Assembly (NCBI GenBank): GCA_963704705.1
Contig: OY969931.1
Coordinates: forward strand, 1,020,001 to 1,052,000
Source of the DNA: an uncultured bacterium
Lineage (GTDB): Bacteria; Patescibacteriota; Gracilibacteria; UBA1369; PNNO01
Direction of reading: 5' to 3'
Length of the DNA: 32,000 nucleotides
Part shown: positions 10,367 through 20,433 of the stretch, one piece after another
Layout: every line of letters starts with the position of its first letter
Position numbering within the stretch: position 1 is the first letter of the stretch
Program-made: the position numbers and the translations under genes
The notes under the pieces: generated by a model
What the model saw: only the letters and a program-made list of their open reading frames with translations
The model's database searches: none
What the model was told of the DNA's origin: nothing

Positions 10367-11239
10367 ATGTCACAAAAAATTAGAAAAGCAGTTTTCCCTG
10401 CAGCTGGTTACGGGACACGTTTTTTGCCGGCTACCAAAGCCCAGCCAAAAGAAATGCTGCCAATAGTTGATAAACCTGTTATTCAATATTTGGTTGAAGA
10501 AGCTGTTGAAGCTGGAATTGAAGAAATAATTATTGTTACAGGTCGCGGAAAAAGAGCAATTGAAGATCATTTTGATCATTCATTTGAACTTGAACATACT
10601 TTGGCTGAAAAAGGTAAATCTAAATTACTTGATAAAGTACGTAAAATTTCAGAATTAGCGAAATTTATATATGTAAGGCAACCAATGCCCCTTGGAGACG
10701 GTCATGCAATAATGCAGGCTCGCGAAATTATCGGTGACGAACCATTCGCGGTTATGTTTGGTGATGATATTGTTGATCATAAAATTCCAGCACTAAAACA
10801 GCTTATGGATGTTTATGATAAAACATGTTGCAGTGTAATTGGTTTGGAAAAAATCTTAAAACAAGATTCAAATAAATATGGAATAGTTAAATCGTGCGGT
10901 TTTGACGGTAGAACCTACCATTTAGATGGAATGGTTGAAAAACCCGATCCAAAAGATGCACCTTCTGATCTGGCTATTATTGGTAAATATATTTGTACAC
11001 CTGAAATTTTTGAAGCAATGGAAAAAGCAAAACCATCAAGAGATGGTGAAATGCGCTTAATAGACGGATTTCTGGAATTAATCAAAACTCAACAAATATA
11101 TGGTTATGAATTGGAAGGCCAAAGATTTGATACAGGAAACATTCTTGGGTTTATTGAGGCCACTCTTCATTACGCTTTAAAAAGAAAAGACCTTGAAGAA
11201 CCATTGAAAAAGCACATAAGGAGCCTTGATATTAAATAA
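10367..11239 (+). CDS. galU: UTP-glucose-1-phosphate uridylyltransferase
   Basis: RKAVFPAAGYGTRFLPATKAQPKEMLPIVDKPVIQYLVEEAVEAGIEEIIIVTGRGKRAIEDHFD, a canonical GalU N-terminus. Confidence 0.97.
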   Translation: MSQKIRKAVFPAAGYGTRFLPATKAQPKEMLPIVDKPVIQYLVEEAVEAGIEEIIIVTGRGKRAIEDHFDHSFELEHTLAEKGKSKLLDKVRKISELAKFIYVRQPMPLGDGHAIMQAREIIGDEPFAVMFGDDIVDHKIPALKQLMDVYDKTCCSVIGLEKILKQDSNKYGIVKSCGFDGRTYHLDGMVEKPDPKDAPSDLAIIGKYICTPEIFEAMEKAKPSRDGEMRLIDGFLELIKTQQIYGYELEGQRFDTGNILGFIEATLHYALKRKDLEEPLKKHIRSLDIK

Positions 11240-11254
11240 AAAAAAAGGTATAAT
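11226..11254 (+). promoter_or_regulatory. Candidate sigma70-type promoter for the TPR gene, embedded in the 3' end of galU
   Basis: TTGATA (11226-11231), 17-nt spacer, TATAAT (11249-11254), about 30 nt upstream of ATG at 11286. Confidence 0.6.
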
Positions 11255-11285
11255 GATTTGAAATAAAAAAAATAAAAATAAAAAA

Positions 11286-11900
11286 ATGCCTAAAGAAATG
11301 AATGTTATTTTTAAAGAAGCGGAACGCCTTAAAATGGAAGGACAGCATGAAGAGGCTATAAAACTTTGCGAAAAGGTACTTAATGATGATTTAAGCTGCA
11401 CTGAAGCATATGAGGAAATCGGAGACAATTATTTAAGTTTAAGAGAATACGATAAAGCGCAAAAAGCTCTTAAAAGAGCATTGCAGACAAATTCAAAAAG
11501 CCCGAACGCGAATTATTTACTTGGATTTTTATATTCTGCTATCGGTGATTTTAAAAAATCAATTAAATATCTGGAAATTTCAGATGGATTTGAACCAAAT
11601 CACCCTGAAATTCTAAGATGTCTTGGCTGGAGTCTTTACCATGACGGTCAAAGACAAAGAGGTGTTGTTTTATTGGAGAGATCACTTGCTTTAAGCCCAA
11701 ATGACCCATTAATTTTGAGCGATCTTGGTGTTTGCTACTTAAACAGCAAAAAATTCGATAGATCAGCAAGCTTATTTAAGAAAATTCTTGAAATTGAACC
11801 TGAAAATGAAAAGGCAAGAGAATGCCTTAATGCAGTAAGGTTTTTTCAGCACGAATACAGCAAATTAAAAGAACAAAATCAGAAAAACAATAAACAATAA
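11286..11900 (+). CDS. Tetratricopeptide-repeat protein
   Basis: Tandem TPR motifs: AIKLCEKVLNDDLSCTEAYEEIGDNYLSLREYDKAQKALKRALQTNSKSPNANYLLGFLYSAIGDFKKSIKYLE... Confidence 0.85.
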   Translation: MPKEMNVIFKEAERLKMEGQHEEAIKLCEKVLNDDLSCTEAYEEIGDNYLSLREYDKAQKALKRALQTNSKSPNANYLLGFLYSAIGDFKKSIKYLEISDGFEPNHPEILRCLGWSLYHDGQRQRGVVLLERSLALSPNDPLILSDLGVCYLNSKKFDRSASLFKKILEIEPENEKARECLNAVRFFQHEYSKLKEQNQKNNKQ

Positions 11901-11941
11901 TATGTTTATTCGTAGTTTTTTAATTTTTGTCAATTTTCTGC

Positions 11942-11969
11942 TTGCCAAAAAATGCCCAATCAGTATAAT
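11942..11969 (+). promoter_or_regulatory. Promoter of rnpB
   Basis: TTGCCA (11942-11947), 16-nt spacer, TATAAT (11964-11969); predicted start coincides with the 5' strand of RNase P helix P1. Confidence 0.65.
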
Positions 11970-11974
11970 GGATA

Positions 11975-12440
11975 AGCTGATTAAGGGCTTTTTGTGGTCG
12001 CCTGTCACATTATAAGTGATGGGAGGAAAGTCCGAACACCAAAGGAATAGGTAGCTGGTAACACCAGCCGGCTCTCTCAGTAATGAAAGAGCAAGGGAAA
12101 GTGCCACAGAGACAATACTACTAGAGGCCTTTGGCCTCTGGGAAAGGTGAAAAGTCCCCCGAGACGAGCGTATGCGAGTCTCTAGCGAGCTAAACTTATA
12201 GCGAGCCAAGTGTGAGCGTAAGCGAACTCAAATAAGGGGGAAGTCTCCCTCAAGTAATTGTGGGAAACTCGGTAAACCCTACCAGGTGCAAGGTGGTTGG
12301 CATGCAGGAATTAAGCTATATTCCTTTAGCTCCATGTTTTGCCCACTGCGAAGAACCGCATTGTAAAATGTCGGTCAAGATAGATGATCACGCCATAAAA
12401 GGTAACAAAATTCGGCTTATTGAAAAGCCTTTAATCAGCA
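11975..12440 (+). ncRNA. rnpB: RNase P RNA (bacterial class A-like) with an insertion in a variable arm
   Basis: Contains GGGAGGAAAGTCCGAACACC, AGGGAAAGTGCCACAGAGA, GGAAAGGTGAAA, AACTCGGTAAACCCTACCAGGTGCAAGGTGGTTGG (L15-like). P1 closes AGCTGATTAAGGGCTTT (from 11975) with AAAGCCTTTAATCAGC (to about 12439). Confidence 0.93.
12161..12230 (+). repeat. Repeat-like insertion inside rnpB (copy A)
   Basis: Flanked by complementary CCCCC/GGGGG strands. Reverse complement of 12161-12206 is GCTCGCTATAAGTTTAGCTCGCTAGAGACTCGCATACGCTCGTCTC, closely matching 13966-14012. Confidence 0.65.
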
Positions 12441-12485
12441 GCTTACGGCAATTACTCATTGCTAATAACTAATTCCTAATATTGG

Positions 12486-13904
12486 ATGAAAAAAACTGAA
12501 ATTGCATTTGGCATACTTCGAATACCGATTGATATTGTAATGATTGTACTTGCGTTTTTTTCTGCCTATCAATTAAGACCTATTACAGATTTAATACCGG
12601 GAATAAAACTTCCCCTGGACCTTTCTACTTTTCCTCCATTAAATGAATATATTCAGTTTAGCGGATGGGTGGGTGTTATTTTGTTGGTATTATTTGCAAT
12701 AAACGGGATGTATTCATTAAAAACATCTCATAAATTGAGCCGTGAAATCAGTAAGGTTATTTGGTTCTCAATTATCTGGATACTATTAATAATCGCATAC
12801 TACTTTGTGATTCGTGAATTCCCTTTCTCTCGTTTGGTGCTTATTTACAGTTTTGTGTTAACTATCATTTATATTTCGCTTGGAAGATATATAATTAATA
12901 AATTACAAAGATTTTTCTTAAAAATGGGTTTTGGTAAAAGGCGTGTTCTATTTGTTGGCTTGAATCAGGTAACAGATGAACTTACAAAAGTTTTTAAAAA
13001 TGATTTAAGATTTGAAGTTGTTGGAGCAATTGATGCTGATGAAATAAATGAATTAAATAAATTTATAACAGAAAAAAACGTTGATGAATTAATTCAAACA
13101 AAATCAGACTTAAGCAAAGGACATTCAGAGGATATTTTGGATTTTTGCAGAGAAAATCATATTCAATATAATTTTGTTCCTGATATTGTTCAGGTTCAAA
13201 GAACAAACATTGATATTACAACACCTTCCGGTATTCCTTTAATATCTTTAAAGCCCACTCCATTGGATGGCTGGGGCAGAGTTTTAAAAAGAATATTCGA
13301 TATTTTGGGTTCTTTATTCGGGCTAATACTTTTCTCCCCTATTTTATTAATTACTGCAATTGCAATTAAGTTAGATGGCAAAGGAACAATTTTATTTAAA
13401 TTTTTAGATGACGGCACCCGTGTTAAAAGAGTTGGTCAATTTGGAAGATTCTTTAATTTTTACAAATTCAGATCAATGAAACCCAATACCCATAATTTAA
13501 GATATACTGAATTGGCAAAAGACAATATCAGAAAAGATTCTCCAATGGTAAAAATAAAGAATGATCCAAGGGTAACAAGTGTCGGTAAATTTATTAGAAA
13601 ATGGAGTGTTGATGAACTTCCTCAATTATGGAATGTATTTGTTGGTGATATGTCGTTGGTTGGACCAAGACCACACCTGCCTGAAGAAGTTGAGAAATAC
13701 GACAAGCACCATAAATTCGTATTATCGCTTAAACCAGGCATAACTGGCATGGCGCAAATTAGCGGCCGAAGCAATCTTGATTTTGAAAAAGAGATACAAC
13801 TAGACACTTATTATATTGAAAATTGGTCACTTTGGTTAGATATCAAAATAATTTTAAAAACTTTCAAAGTCGTTTTTACTGGAAAAGCTGCGAAAGACGT
13901 GTAA
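12486..13904 (+). CDS. Polyprenyl-phosphate sugar-1-phosphate transferase (exopolysaccharide/undecaprenyl-phosphate glycosyl-1-phosphate transferase)
   Basis: Multi-TM N-terminus, Rossmann-like middle, C-terminal KRIFDILGSLFGLILFSPILLITAIAIKLDGKGTILF...FYKFRSMK...RKWSVDELPQLWNVFVGDMSLVGPRP. Confidence 0.92.
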   Translation: MKKTEIAFGILRIPIDIVMIVLAFFSAYQLRPITDLIPGIKLPLDLSTFPPLNEYIQFSGWVGVILLVLFAINGMYSLKTSHKLSREISKVIWFSIIWILLIIAYYFVIREFPFSRLVLIYSFVLTIIYISLGRYIINKLQRFFLKMGFGKRRVLFVGLNQVTDELTKVFKNDLRFEVVGAIDADEINELNKFITEKNVDELIQTKSDLSKGHSEDILDFCRENHIQYNFVPDIVQVQRTNIDITTPSGIPLISLKPTPLDGWGRVLKRIFDILGSLFGLILFSPILLITAIAIKLDGKGTILFKFLDDGTRVKRVGQFGRFFNFYKFRSMKPNTHNLRYTELAKDNIRKDSPMVKIKNDPRVTSVGKFIRKWSVDELPQLWNVFVGDMSLVGPRPHLPEEVEKYDKHHKFVLSLKPGITGMAQISGRSNLDFEKEIQLDTYYIENWSLWLDIKIILKTFKVVFTGKAAKDV

Positions 13905-13939
13905 AATATACAATTGACCATTGACTTACTAAATGTATT

Positions 13940-14012
13940 CGTTCGCCAAGGCGAACTCATGCTACGCTCGCGATATGTTTACGCTCGCGAGAGACTCACT
14001 AACGCTCGTCTC
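13940..14012 (+). repeat. GC-rich repeat/palindrome cluster immediately upstream of secA (copy B)
   Basis: GTTCGCCAAGGCGAAC palindrome, then GCTCGCGATATGTTTACGCTCGCGAGAGACTCACTAACGCTCGTCTC (13966-14012): near-identical unit to the reverse complement of the rnpB insertion; ends 2 nt before the secA ATG. Confidence 0.65.
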
Positions 14013-14014
14013 TA

Positions 14015-16714
14015 ATGTTACAAAAAATAATTAATCGTATAATTGGCGATCAAAATAAGAAAGCCATTAAGAAAATTCAACCACTTGTTGATGAAATTAA
14101 TAAATTTGATGCAAAATATTCAGAAGAATTAAAAAATGATGAAGACTTTGTAGCAAAAACAAATGAATTTAAACACAGACTCGCAAATGGTGAGACTGAA
14201 GATCAAATTTTACCCGAAGCTTTTGCTTTGGTTAAGGCTGCATGTCGAAAATTACTTGGAAGAAAATGGGAAGTTCGCGGAAATGAAATAACATGGGATA
14301 TGGTTCCGTATGATGTTCAGTTAATAGGAGGAGTTGTTTTACATCAGGGAAATATCGCTGAAATGAAAACAGGTGAAGGTAAAACACTTGTTTGTACTAT
14401 GCCGGTTTATTTAAATGCTTTAAGCGGCAAAGGAGTATTTGTTGTGACAGTAAATGATTATCTGGCTTCACGTGATGCTGAATGGATGAGCGGTGTTTAT
14501 AGTTTTCTTGGTTTATCAGTTGGAATAATAAGACACGGACAGAGTCCTGAAGAAAAAAAACAAGCATATGAATCTGATATTACTTATGGAACAAACAATG
14601 AATTTGGATTTGATTATCTTAGGGATAATATGGCTACAAATATTGATAATGTTGTTCAAAAATATTTAAATTATGCGATTGTAGATGAAGTTGATTCGAT
14701 TTTAATTGATGAAGCCAGAACTCCTTTGATTATTTCAGCTCCGGCAGAAGAATCAACATTAAAATATAAAAGATATTCTGATTTAGTCGGAAGATTAAAA
14801 GAAAATGAAGACTATAATATAGATGAAAAGGCCAGATCTGCAGCATTAACAGAAGATGGAATTAAAAAGATGGAAAATCTTTTGGGTGTTGAAAATATTT
14901 ATACCGAAGCTGGATTTTTAGAGGTTCATCATATTGAATCAGCATTAAAAGCACAGACAATCTTTAAAAAAGATATCGATTATGTTGTTAGAGATGGCGA
15001 AGTAGTTATTGTTGATGAGTTTACAGGTCGTTTAATGCCCGGCAGACGCTATTCGCAGGGGCTGCATCAGGCAATCGAAGCAAAAGAAGGTGTTGAGATT
15101 AAAAGAGAATCTAAAACAATGGCAACAATTACATTCCAAAACTATTTCAGATTATTTAATAAATTGGGAGGAATGACCGGTACAGCTGAAACTGAAGCAG
15201 AAGAATTTTATAAAATTTACGGCTTGGATACTATTGTTATTCCAACTCATAAAAAAGTAATAAGAGATGATAAACCTGATGCGATTTATAAAACTCAAAA
15301 AGCAAAATATGTTGCTGTGGCAGAAAAAACAAAGGAACTTCATCAAAATGGTCAGCCTGTTTTAATTGGTACAATTTCAATTGAGAAATCAGAGGTAATG
15401 AGTAAGCTGCTTAAAATGCAAGGTGTGCCCCATAGTGTTTTAAATGCTAAATTCCATGAAAAAGAAGCTGAAATAATTAAAGACGCAGGTCAGGAAAAAG
15501 CTGTTACAATTGCAACCAACATGGCAGGTCGCGGAACCGATATTAAACTCGGGAAAGGTGTAGCTGATCTTGGAGGATTATATGTTATTGGAACTGAAAG
15601 GCATGAATCAAGACGTATCGATAATCAGCTCAGAGGTCGTTCAGGACGTCAGGGTGATGATGGTGCTACGCAATTTTATGTTTCAACCGAAGATGATCTA
15701 ATGCGTTTATTTGGAGGTGAAAGAGTACAAAGGATGATGGATATTTTGAAAGTACCTGATGATATGCCAATAGAAAACGGCATGATTTCAAAATCTATTG
15801 AAAGCGCACAGAAAAAAGTTGAAGGCAGAAACTTTGATATAAGAAAACATCTCGTTGAATATGATGATGTGATTAATCACCACAGAACAATTGTTTATAA
15901 AAAACGCAGAGAAGTATTAGAAAGTGAAAACATTAAAAACGATATTATTCTTCTTTTGGAAAAAGAAATTGAAAAAGTTGTTTTAATGCATACACAAGGC
16001 GAAGCTAAAGATTGGGATTACAAAGAAATAGTTGAAACTGTTAGAACTTTTAACAGAAATAGAAGTAAAGAATTTAATATTGATGATATTACAGGAATTA
16101 CAAATGTTGAAGATATGATTAAGAGACTTAGAAGATATTTATTTGATGAATATGAAGAACTTGAAAAATCGATTCCTAATCCTGAATTATTAAGAAAGAT
16201 TGAAAGAAGTGTTTATCTTCATATTATAGATTTATTCTGGATGGAGCATATTTCAAATCTAAATGCTATTAGAGAAAATGTAGCTTTAAGTGGCTATAGC
16301 CAGAGAGATCCTCTAAATGAATATAAGGGGGAAGCATTTACTGCATTTGAAAAAATGATGAATGATGTAGAAAGTGCGACAGTAAATACTTTATTTAAAA
16401 TTGATATTAGAAGTCAGGTTCCTGTACAAGTAATTCAGTCTGATCAGCCAAGAAATATTCAAACAAATGAAGGCCAAATAAACGAACCACTTTCAGGTCA
16501 CGAAGGTGGCAGATCAAACATTATAAAAACTATGGCTGGTGCCGGAGCAAATAAGAAGGGTATACAAATGATAAATACTGAAGAATCAAATCCCGCATTT
16601 GCAGCACAGCCAATGGCTGCTCAAACTGTGGATCCAAAATTTCAGGGAGTGGGCAGAAACGACCCATGCCCTTGCGGAAGCGGTAAAAAATTCAAAAAAT
16701 GCCATGGTGCTTAA
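14015..16714 (+). CDS. secA: Preprotein translocase subunit SecA
   Basis: [70 protein letters not shown], and C-terminal zinc motif [16 protein letters not shown]. Confidence 0.98.
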   Translation: MLQKIINRIIGDQNKKAIKKIQPLVDEINKFDAKYSEELKNDEDFVAKTNEFKHRLANGETEDQILPEAFALVKAACRKLLGRKWEVRGNEITWDMVPYDVQLIGGVVLHQGNIAEMKTGEGKTLVCTMPVYLNALSGKGVFVVTVNDYLASRDAEWMSGVYSFLGLSVGIIRHGQSPEEKKQAYESDITYGTNNEFGFDYLRDNMATNIDNVVQKYLNYAIVDEVDSILIDEARTPLIISAPAEESTLKYKRYSDLVGRLKENEDYNIDEKARSAALTEDGIKKMENLLGVENIYTEAGFLEVHHIESALKAQTIFKKDIDYVVRDGEVVIVDEFTGRLMPGRRYSQGLHQAIEAKEGVEIKRESKTMATITFQNYFRLFNKLGGMTGTAETEAEEFYKIYGLDTIVIPTHKKVIRDDKPDAIYKTQKAKYVAVAEKTKELHQNGQPVLIGTISIEKSEVMSKLLKMQGVPHSVLNAKFHEKEAEIIKDAGQEKAVTIATNMAGRGTDIKLGKGVADLGGLYVIGTERHESRRIDNQLRGRSGRQGDDGATQFYVSTEDDLMRLFGGERVQRMMDILKVPDDMPIENGMISKSIESAQKKVEGRNFDIRKHLVEYDDVINHHRTIVYKKRREVLESENIKNDIILLLEKEIEKVVLMHTQGEAKDWDYKEIVETVRTFNRNRSKEFNIDDITGITNVEDMIKRLRRYLFDEYEELEKSIPNPELLRKIERSVYLHIIDLFWMEHISNLNAIRENVALSGYSQRDPLNEYKGEAFTAFEKMMNDVESATVNTLFKIDIRSQVPVQVIQSDQPRNIQTNEGQINEPLSGHEGGRSNIIKTMAGAGANKKGIQMINTEESNPAFAAQPMAAQTVDPKFQGVGRNDPCPCGSGKKFKKCHGA

Positions 16715-16734
16715 TATAATTAACCACACTTGAT

Positions 16735-17076
16735 ATGAATGATGGGATGAAATGTACAACTTTGGAAGTAGAAGTATTTCCTGGTGAAAACGAAGACGAC
16801 ACTTTTTTAGAAGATGAAATAACAGCTGTAAGAGCTGTAGATTTAAGTTTAGATGGATTAAAAGATTTTGAAGATACAATTAGCACAATGCCAGTAGAAA
16901 AATTAAGGGATCAAGTAAGTCAATTAAGTAGGCAGGTTATTTCATTAAAATCAGATTTGCCGGGAGGAGAACCTAATACAGAATGGGAAGTGGAAAAAAG
17001 ACAATTACTTGATTTAGCTATAGCTAAAAAACAGATTGCTGAAACTTATCTCAAGGAAGCTGCTGAAGACATTTAG
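16735..17076 (+). CDS. Small acidic, coiled-coil-like hypothetical protein
   Basis: Intact 113-aa ORF directly after secA, charged composition, no recognised family. Confidence 0.55.
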   Translation: MNDGMKCTTLEVEVFPGENEDDTFLEDEITAVRAVDLSLDGLKDFEDTISTMPVEKLRDQVSQLSRQVISLKSDLPGGEPNTEWEVEKRQLLDLAIAKKQIAETYLKEAAEDI

Positions 17077-18068
17077 TTTTCATAGCCGTCAGGATGCTCT
17101 TTGTGCCACTTCCAAGCGGTTTCTATAATTTGCTCAATTGAAGTAAATTTTGGGTTCCATTTTAATTGTGATTTGATTTTTTCAGAGTCAGCAATAAGAA
17201 TTGCCGGATCCCCCTCTCTTTTTGGTGTCTCTTCTTTTGGAATTGGATGTCCAATAACTTTTTCCGCTGCTTCAATTACCTCTTTAACTGAAAATCCATG
17301 ACCGTTCCCTAAATTGTACACATCACTGTCCCCTGTTTCAAACAGTTTTTTAAGAGCAAGTATGTGTGCCTGAGCTAAATCATTAACATGAATATAATCG
17401 CGAACGCATGTTCCGTCTTTTGTATCATAATCCGTTCCGAAAATTGAAATACTTTTACGCTTTCCAAGTGCTGTTTTTAAAATAAGAGGTATAAGATGAG
17501 TTTCCGGGTCGTGATCTTCTCCAATTTCACCTGAAGGGTCTGCGCCGGCAGCATTAAAATATCGAAGTGAGATATATTTAAGTCCGTGAGTCTCTTCGTA
17601 CATTTTCAAAATATTTTCAAAAATTAATTTTGTACGACCATAATGATTAACCGGCATTAATGGATGATCTTCTTTTATTGGAGTAGAAATTGGATTTCCA
17701 TAAACCGCAGCAGTAGAAGAAAAAATGATGTTCTTTAAATCATTGGCAACCATTGCGTGCAATAAATTTGTTCCGTTTATACAATTATTTTCAAAGAATT
17801 TTTCAGGTTCTTTCATGCTTAAACCAGCTTCAATAAACGCAGCGAAATGAATAACCGCATCAAAATTATTATGCTCAACCAATTTAGTTAAAACTTCACG
17901 TTCGCAAAGATCTAAATTAATAAATTCAACTTCGGGCGCTAAAGATTTTTTATGTCCGTTTACTAAATTATCAAGAACTGTAACTTTATATCCTTCTTTT
18001 AACAGGAGTCGAACAGTATGAGAGCCAATATAACCAGCTCCGCCGGTAACGAGTATATGTTTACTCAT
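17073..18068 (-). CDS. galE: UDP-glucose 4-epimerase
   Basis: ILVTGGAGYIGSHTVRLLLKEGYKVTVLDNL, STAAVYG, YGRTKLIFE, YFNAAGADPSGEIGEDH. Confidence 0.97.
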   Translation of the reverse strand: MSKHILVTGGAGYIGSHTVRLLLKEGYKVTVLDNLVNGHKKSLAPEVEFINLDLCEREVLTKLVEHNNFDAVIHFAAFIEAGLSMKEPEKFFENNCINGTNLLHAMVANDLKNIIFSSTAAVYGNPISTPIKEDHPLMPVNHYGRTKLIFENILKMYEETHGLKYISLRYFNAAGADPSGEIGEDHDPETHLIPLILKTALGKRKSISIFGTDYDTKDGTCVRDYIHVNDLAQAHILALKKLFETGDSDVYNLGNGHGFSVKEVIEAAEKVIGHPIPKEETPKREGDPAILIADSEKIKSQLKWNPKFTSIEQIIETAWKWHKEHPDGYEN

Positions 18069-18069
18069 A

Positions 18070-20331
18070 TTAATCTAAATAAATTTCACGAGGTTTCGCG
18101 CCGTTTGATGGACCAATTACTCCGTTCTCCTCAAGTTCATCCAATAAACGTGCTGCTCTGGCATATCCTACTTTAAGACGTCTTTGTAACAAAGATGCTG
18201 AAGCTTTTCTGTTCTCCTGAATCACTTCAATCGCCTGCTTGTACATTTCATCGTCTGAATCTCCAAAATTACTGTCAGGCACACCGTTTAATTTTTGTCC
18301 TGCAACTTTTGCTGAAATAATTTCATTATCATATTCAGGTTCAATTGTTAATTTAACTCTGTTTGTAACTGCTTCAATTTCAGCTGATGAAATATAAATT
18401 CCCTGAACTCTGAGCGGTTTATTCATACCGCTAGGTAAATAGAGCATGTCTCCTTTTCCAAGAAGATCTTCTGCACCAACTCCATCTAAAATTGTTCGTG
18501 AATCAATAGAAGAACTTACAGCAAATGAAATTCTCGCTGGAATGTTTGCTTTAATTAAACCTGTGATTACATCAACAGAAGGTCTTTGAGTTGCTATTAC
18601 CAAATGTATTCCAACTGCTCGTGCCATTTGTGCGATTCTGCAAATTGATGCTTCAACTTCTTTTCCGGCTGCCATCATCAAATCAGCCAACTCATCAATC
18701 ACCACAACTATTGTACTCATTTTATCTTCAATTGCAGGGTCAGCATTATAATCGGTTATGTTACGTTTTCCTTTATCAGCACAATCCGTATAACGTCTGT
18801 TCATTTCAGCTACACACCATCTTAAAGCTATTGCTGCTTTTTCAGGGTCATTAATTACCGGAGTTAATAAATGAGGAATTGAATTGTAAGCTTTAAGTTC
18901 AACCTGTTTTGGATCGATTAATATCATTTTTAAATCAAGCGGTGAGTTCTGATACAAAAGTGAAATCAATAAAGTATTCATTCCAACTGATTTACCACTG
19001 CCGGTTGCACCTGCAATAAGCAAATGCGGCATACTTTTTAAATCCGCAATAATAGGCTGACCTGAAACATTGCGTCCAAGAGGGAATTTTAAATTTGAAT
19101 CGCCTTTTTTAAATTCAGGTGATTCAATAATTTCTCTAAGTTTAACCATTGACCGATGTTCATTCGGAACCTCAATTCCAACCAAAGCCTGGCCAGGAAT
19201 TGGTGCTTCTATACGAACAGAAGGCGCTGCCAATGCAAGTGCCAAATCATTCTTTAATGAAGTAATTTTAGAAAGCTTAACTCCTTCATGAGGCTTTAAA
19301 GTATATTGAATTACAGTAGGACCCACATGCACTTCATGCATTGTTACATCAATGCCAAACTGCTCAAGTTTTGTTCTGATTTTTTCAGCATTTTTCATTA
19401 ACACATCATCATCTGATTCAATTTCAGTTACTCCACCTTCAAGCAAATCGAGCGAAGGAAATTCCCAATCAGCATAATCCTGTTCTTTTTCTTTTCCTGC
19501 ATCTTCTGCAATTTCTTCTTCTTTAGCTGCATTTTTAATTTGCACTTTTTTCTTCTCTGATTCTTCTTCTAAATATTTATCTTCATCTTCATTAACTTCA
19601 GTAACCGGTTGAGCTCTTTTAATTCTAATTTCTGATTCACGGCCTCCGTAAATAGCCTTTAATACATCATCATTAGCAAGTTCAACATTGTCAGAACTGA
19701 TTTCACGTTCGTTTTTACTTCTTTTTTCCGCTGGTTTCTTCTCAATTTTAATTTCAGGTTTAAAGAATCTTGCTAATTCACCCAATGATATTTCAAATGT
19801 TAATAAAATTGAAATAAGCGCTACTCCAACAAAAATTACAGCTGAACCAACATTCCCTATACTCAACATTTCACGCATAAAAAAGTTGGTTACAAAACCA
19901 ACATAACCTCCATACTGACCCTGTTGCGCAACAGTCAGCACATTTTCAATAGGAACAGCCAGATGCACAATGCTTAATATTGAAAGTACCATTAAAACAA
20001 CTCCTACTGTTCTGGATAAGCCGAAAGTCACATTTCGCGCAAAGAAAAGCATTAAAGTTATAAGTAAAAATAGCGGTGGAATCATATAAATCCCCCAACC
20101 TAAAATCGGCTGCAATAATCCTACCCATATTTCACCAACAATACCAAATGATCCCTGAATACTTAAAAATGTTACAGCTGCGAATATAAAGTATATAACC
20201 GCTGTAATATCTCTTGCTACTGATGATTTTACCTCAAATTTCAGATTACTGCCCGAATTTCTTTTACGTTTGCTTGATTTAGCTGATTTTGATGTTCTTG
20301 AAGATTTTTTAACTTTTCTTGTTCTAGGCAT
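18070..20331 (-). CDS. ftsK: DNA translocase FtsK/SpoIIIE
   Basis: N-terminal TM segments, Walker A LLIAGATGSGKSVGMN, LIDPKQVELKAYN, VIDELADLMM, GDMLYLPSG, C-terminal winged-helix gamma domain (ASLLQRRLKVGYARAARLLDELE). Confidence 0.97.
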   Translation of the reverse strand: MPRTRKVKKSSRTSKSAKSSKRKRNSGSNLKFEVKSSVARDITAVIYFIFAAVTFLSIQGSFGIVGEIWVGLLQPILGWGIYMIPPLFLLITLMLFFARNVTFGLSRTVGVVLMVLSILSIVHLAVPIENVLTVAQQGQYGGYVGFVTNFFMREMLSIGNVGSAVIFVGVALISILLTFEISLGELARFFKPEIKIEKKPAEKRSKNEREISSDNVELANDDVLKAIYGGRESEIRIKRAQPVTEVNEDEDKYLEEESEKKKVQIKNAAKEEEIAEDAGKEKEQDYADWEFPSLDLLEGGVTEIESDDDVLMKNAEKIRTKLEQFGIDVTMHEVHVGPTVIQYTLKPHEGVKLSKITSLKNDLALALAAPSVRIEAPIPGQALVGIEVPNEHRSMVKLREIIESPEFKKGDSNLKFPLGRNVSGQPIIADLKSMPHLLIAGATGSGKSVGMNTLLISLLYQNSPLDLKMILIDPKQVELKAYNSIPHLLTPVINDPEKAAIALRWCVAEMNRRYTDCADKGKRNITDYNADPAIEDKMSTIVVVIDELADLMMAAGKEVEASICRIAQMARAVGIHLVIATQRPSVDVITGLIKANIPARISFAVSSSIDSRTILDGVGAEDLLGKGDMLYLPSGMNKPLRVQGIYISSAEIEAVTNRVKLTIEPEYDNEIISAKVAGQKLNGVPDSNFGDSDDEMYKQAIEVIQENRKASASLLQRRLKVGYARAARLLDELEENGVIGPSNGAKPREIYLD

Positions 20332-20400
20332 GAATTGATTTATTAATACTGGATATAATTTTAAACATAAAACAGAGAAAATTGCAAGTTGATAACATAG

Positions 20401-20433
20401 AAAAATGGCCCAGGGTTCGCTACGTCCTGGGCC
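20401..20433 (-). terminator. Intrinsic terminator on the minus strand
   Basis: Perfect 8-bp stem GGCCCAGG...CCTGGGCC (20407-20433) followed on the minus strand by ATTTTT. Confidence 0.85.

Noticed and set aside
11865-12209. Minus-strand ORF overlapping rnpB and TPR gene end
   Set aside because: Antisense to rnpB; no protein features.
12260-12472. ORF MGNSVNPTRCKVVGMQ... (70 aa)
   Set aside because: Entirely overlaps the 3' half of RNase P RNA conserved elements.
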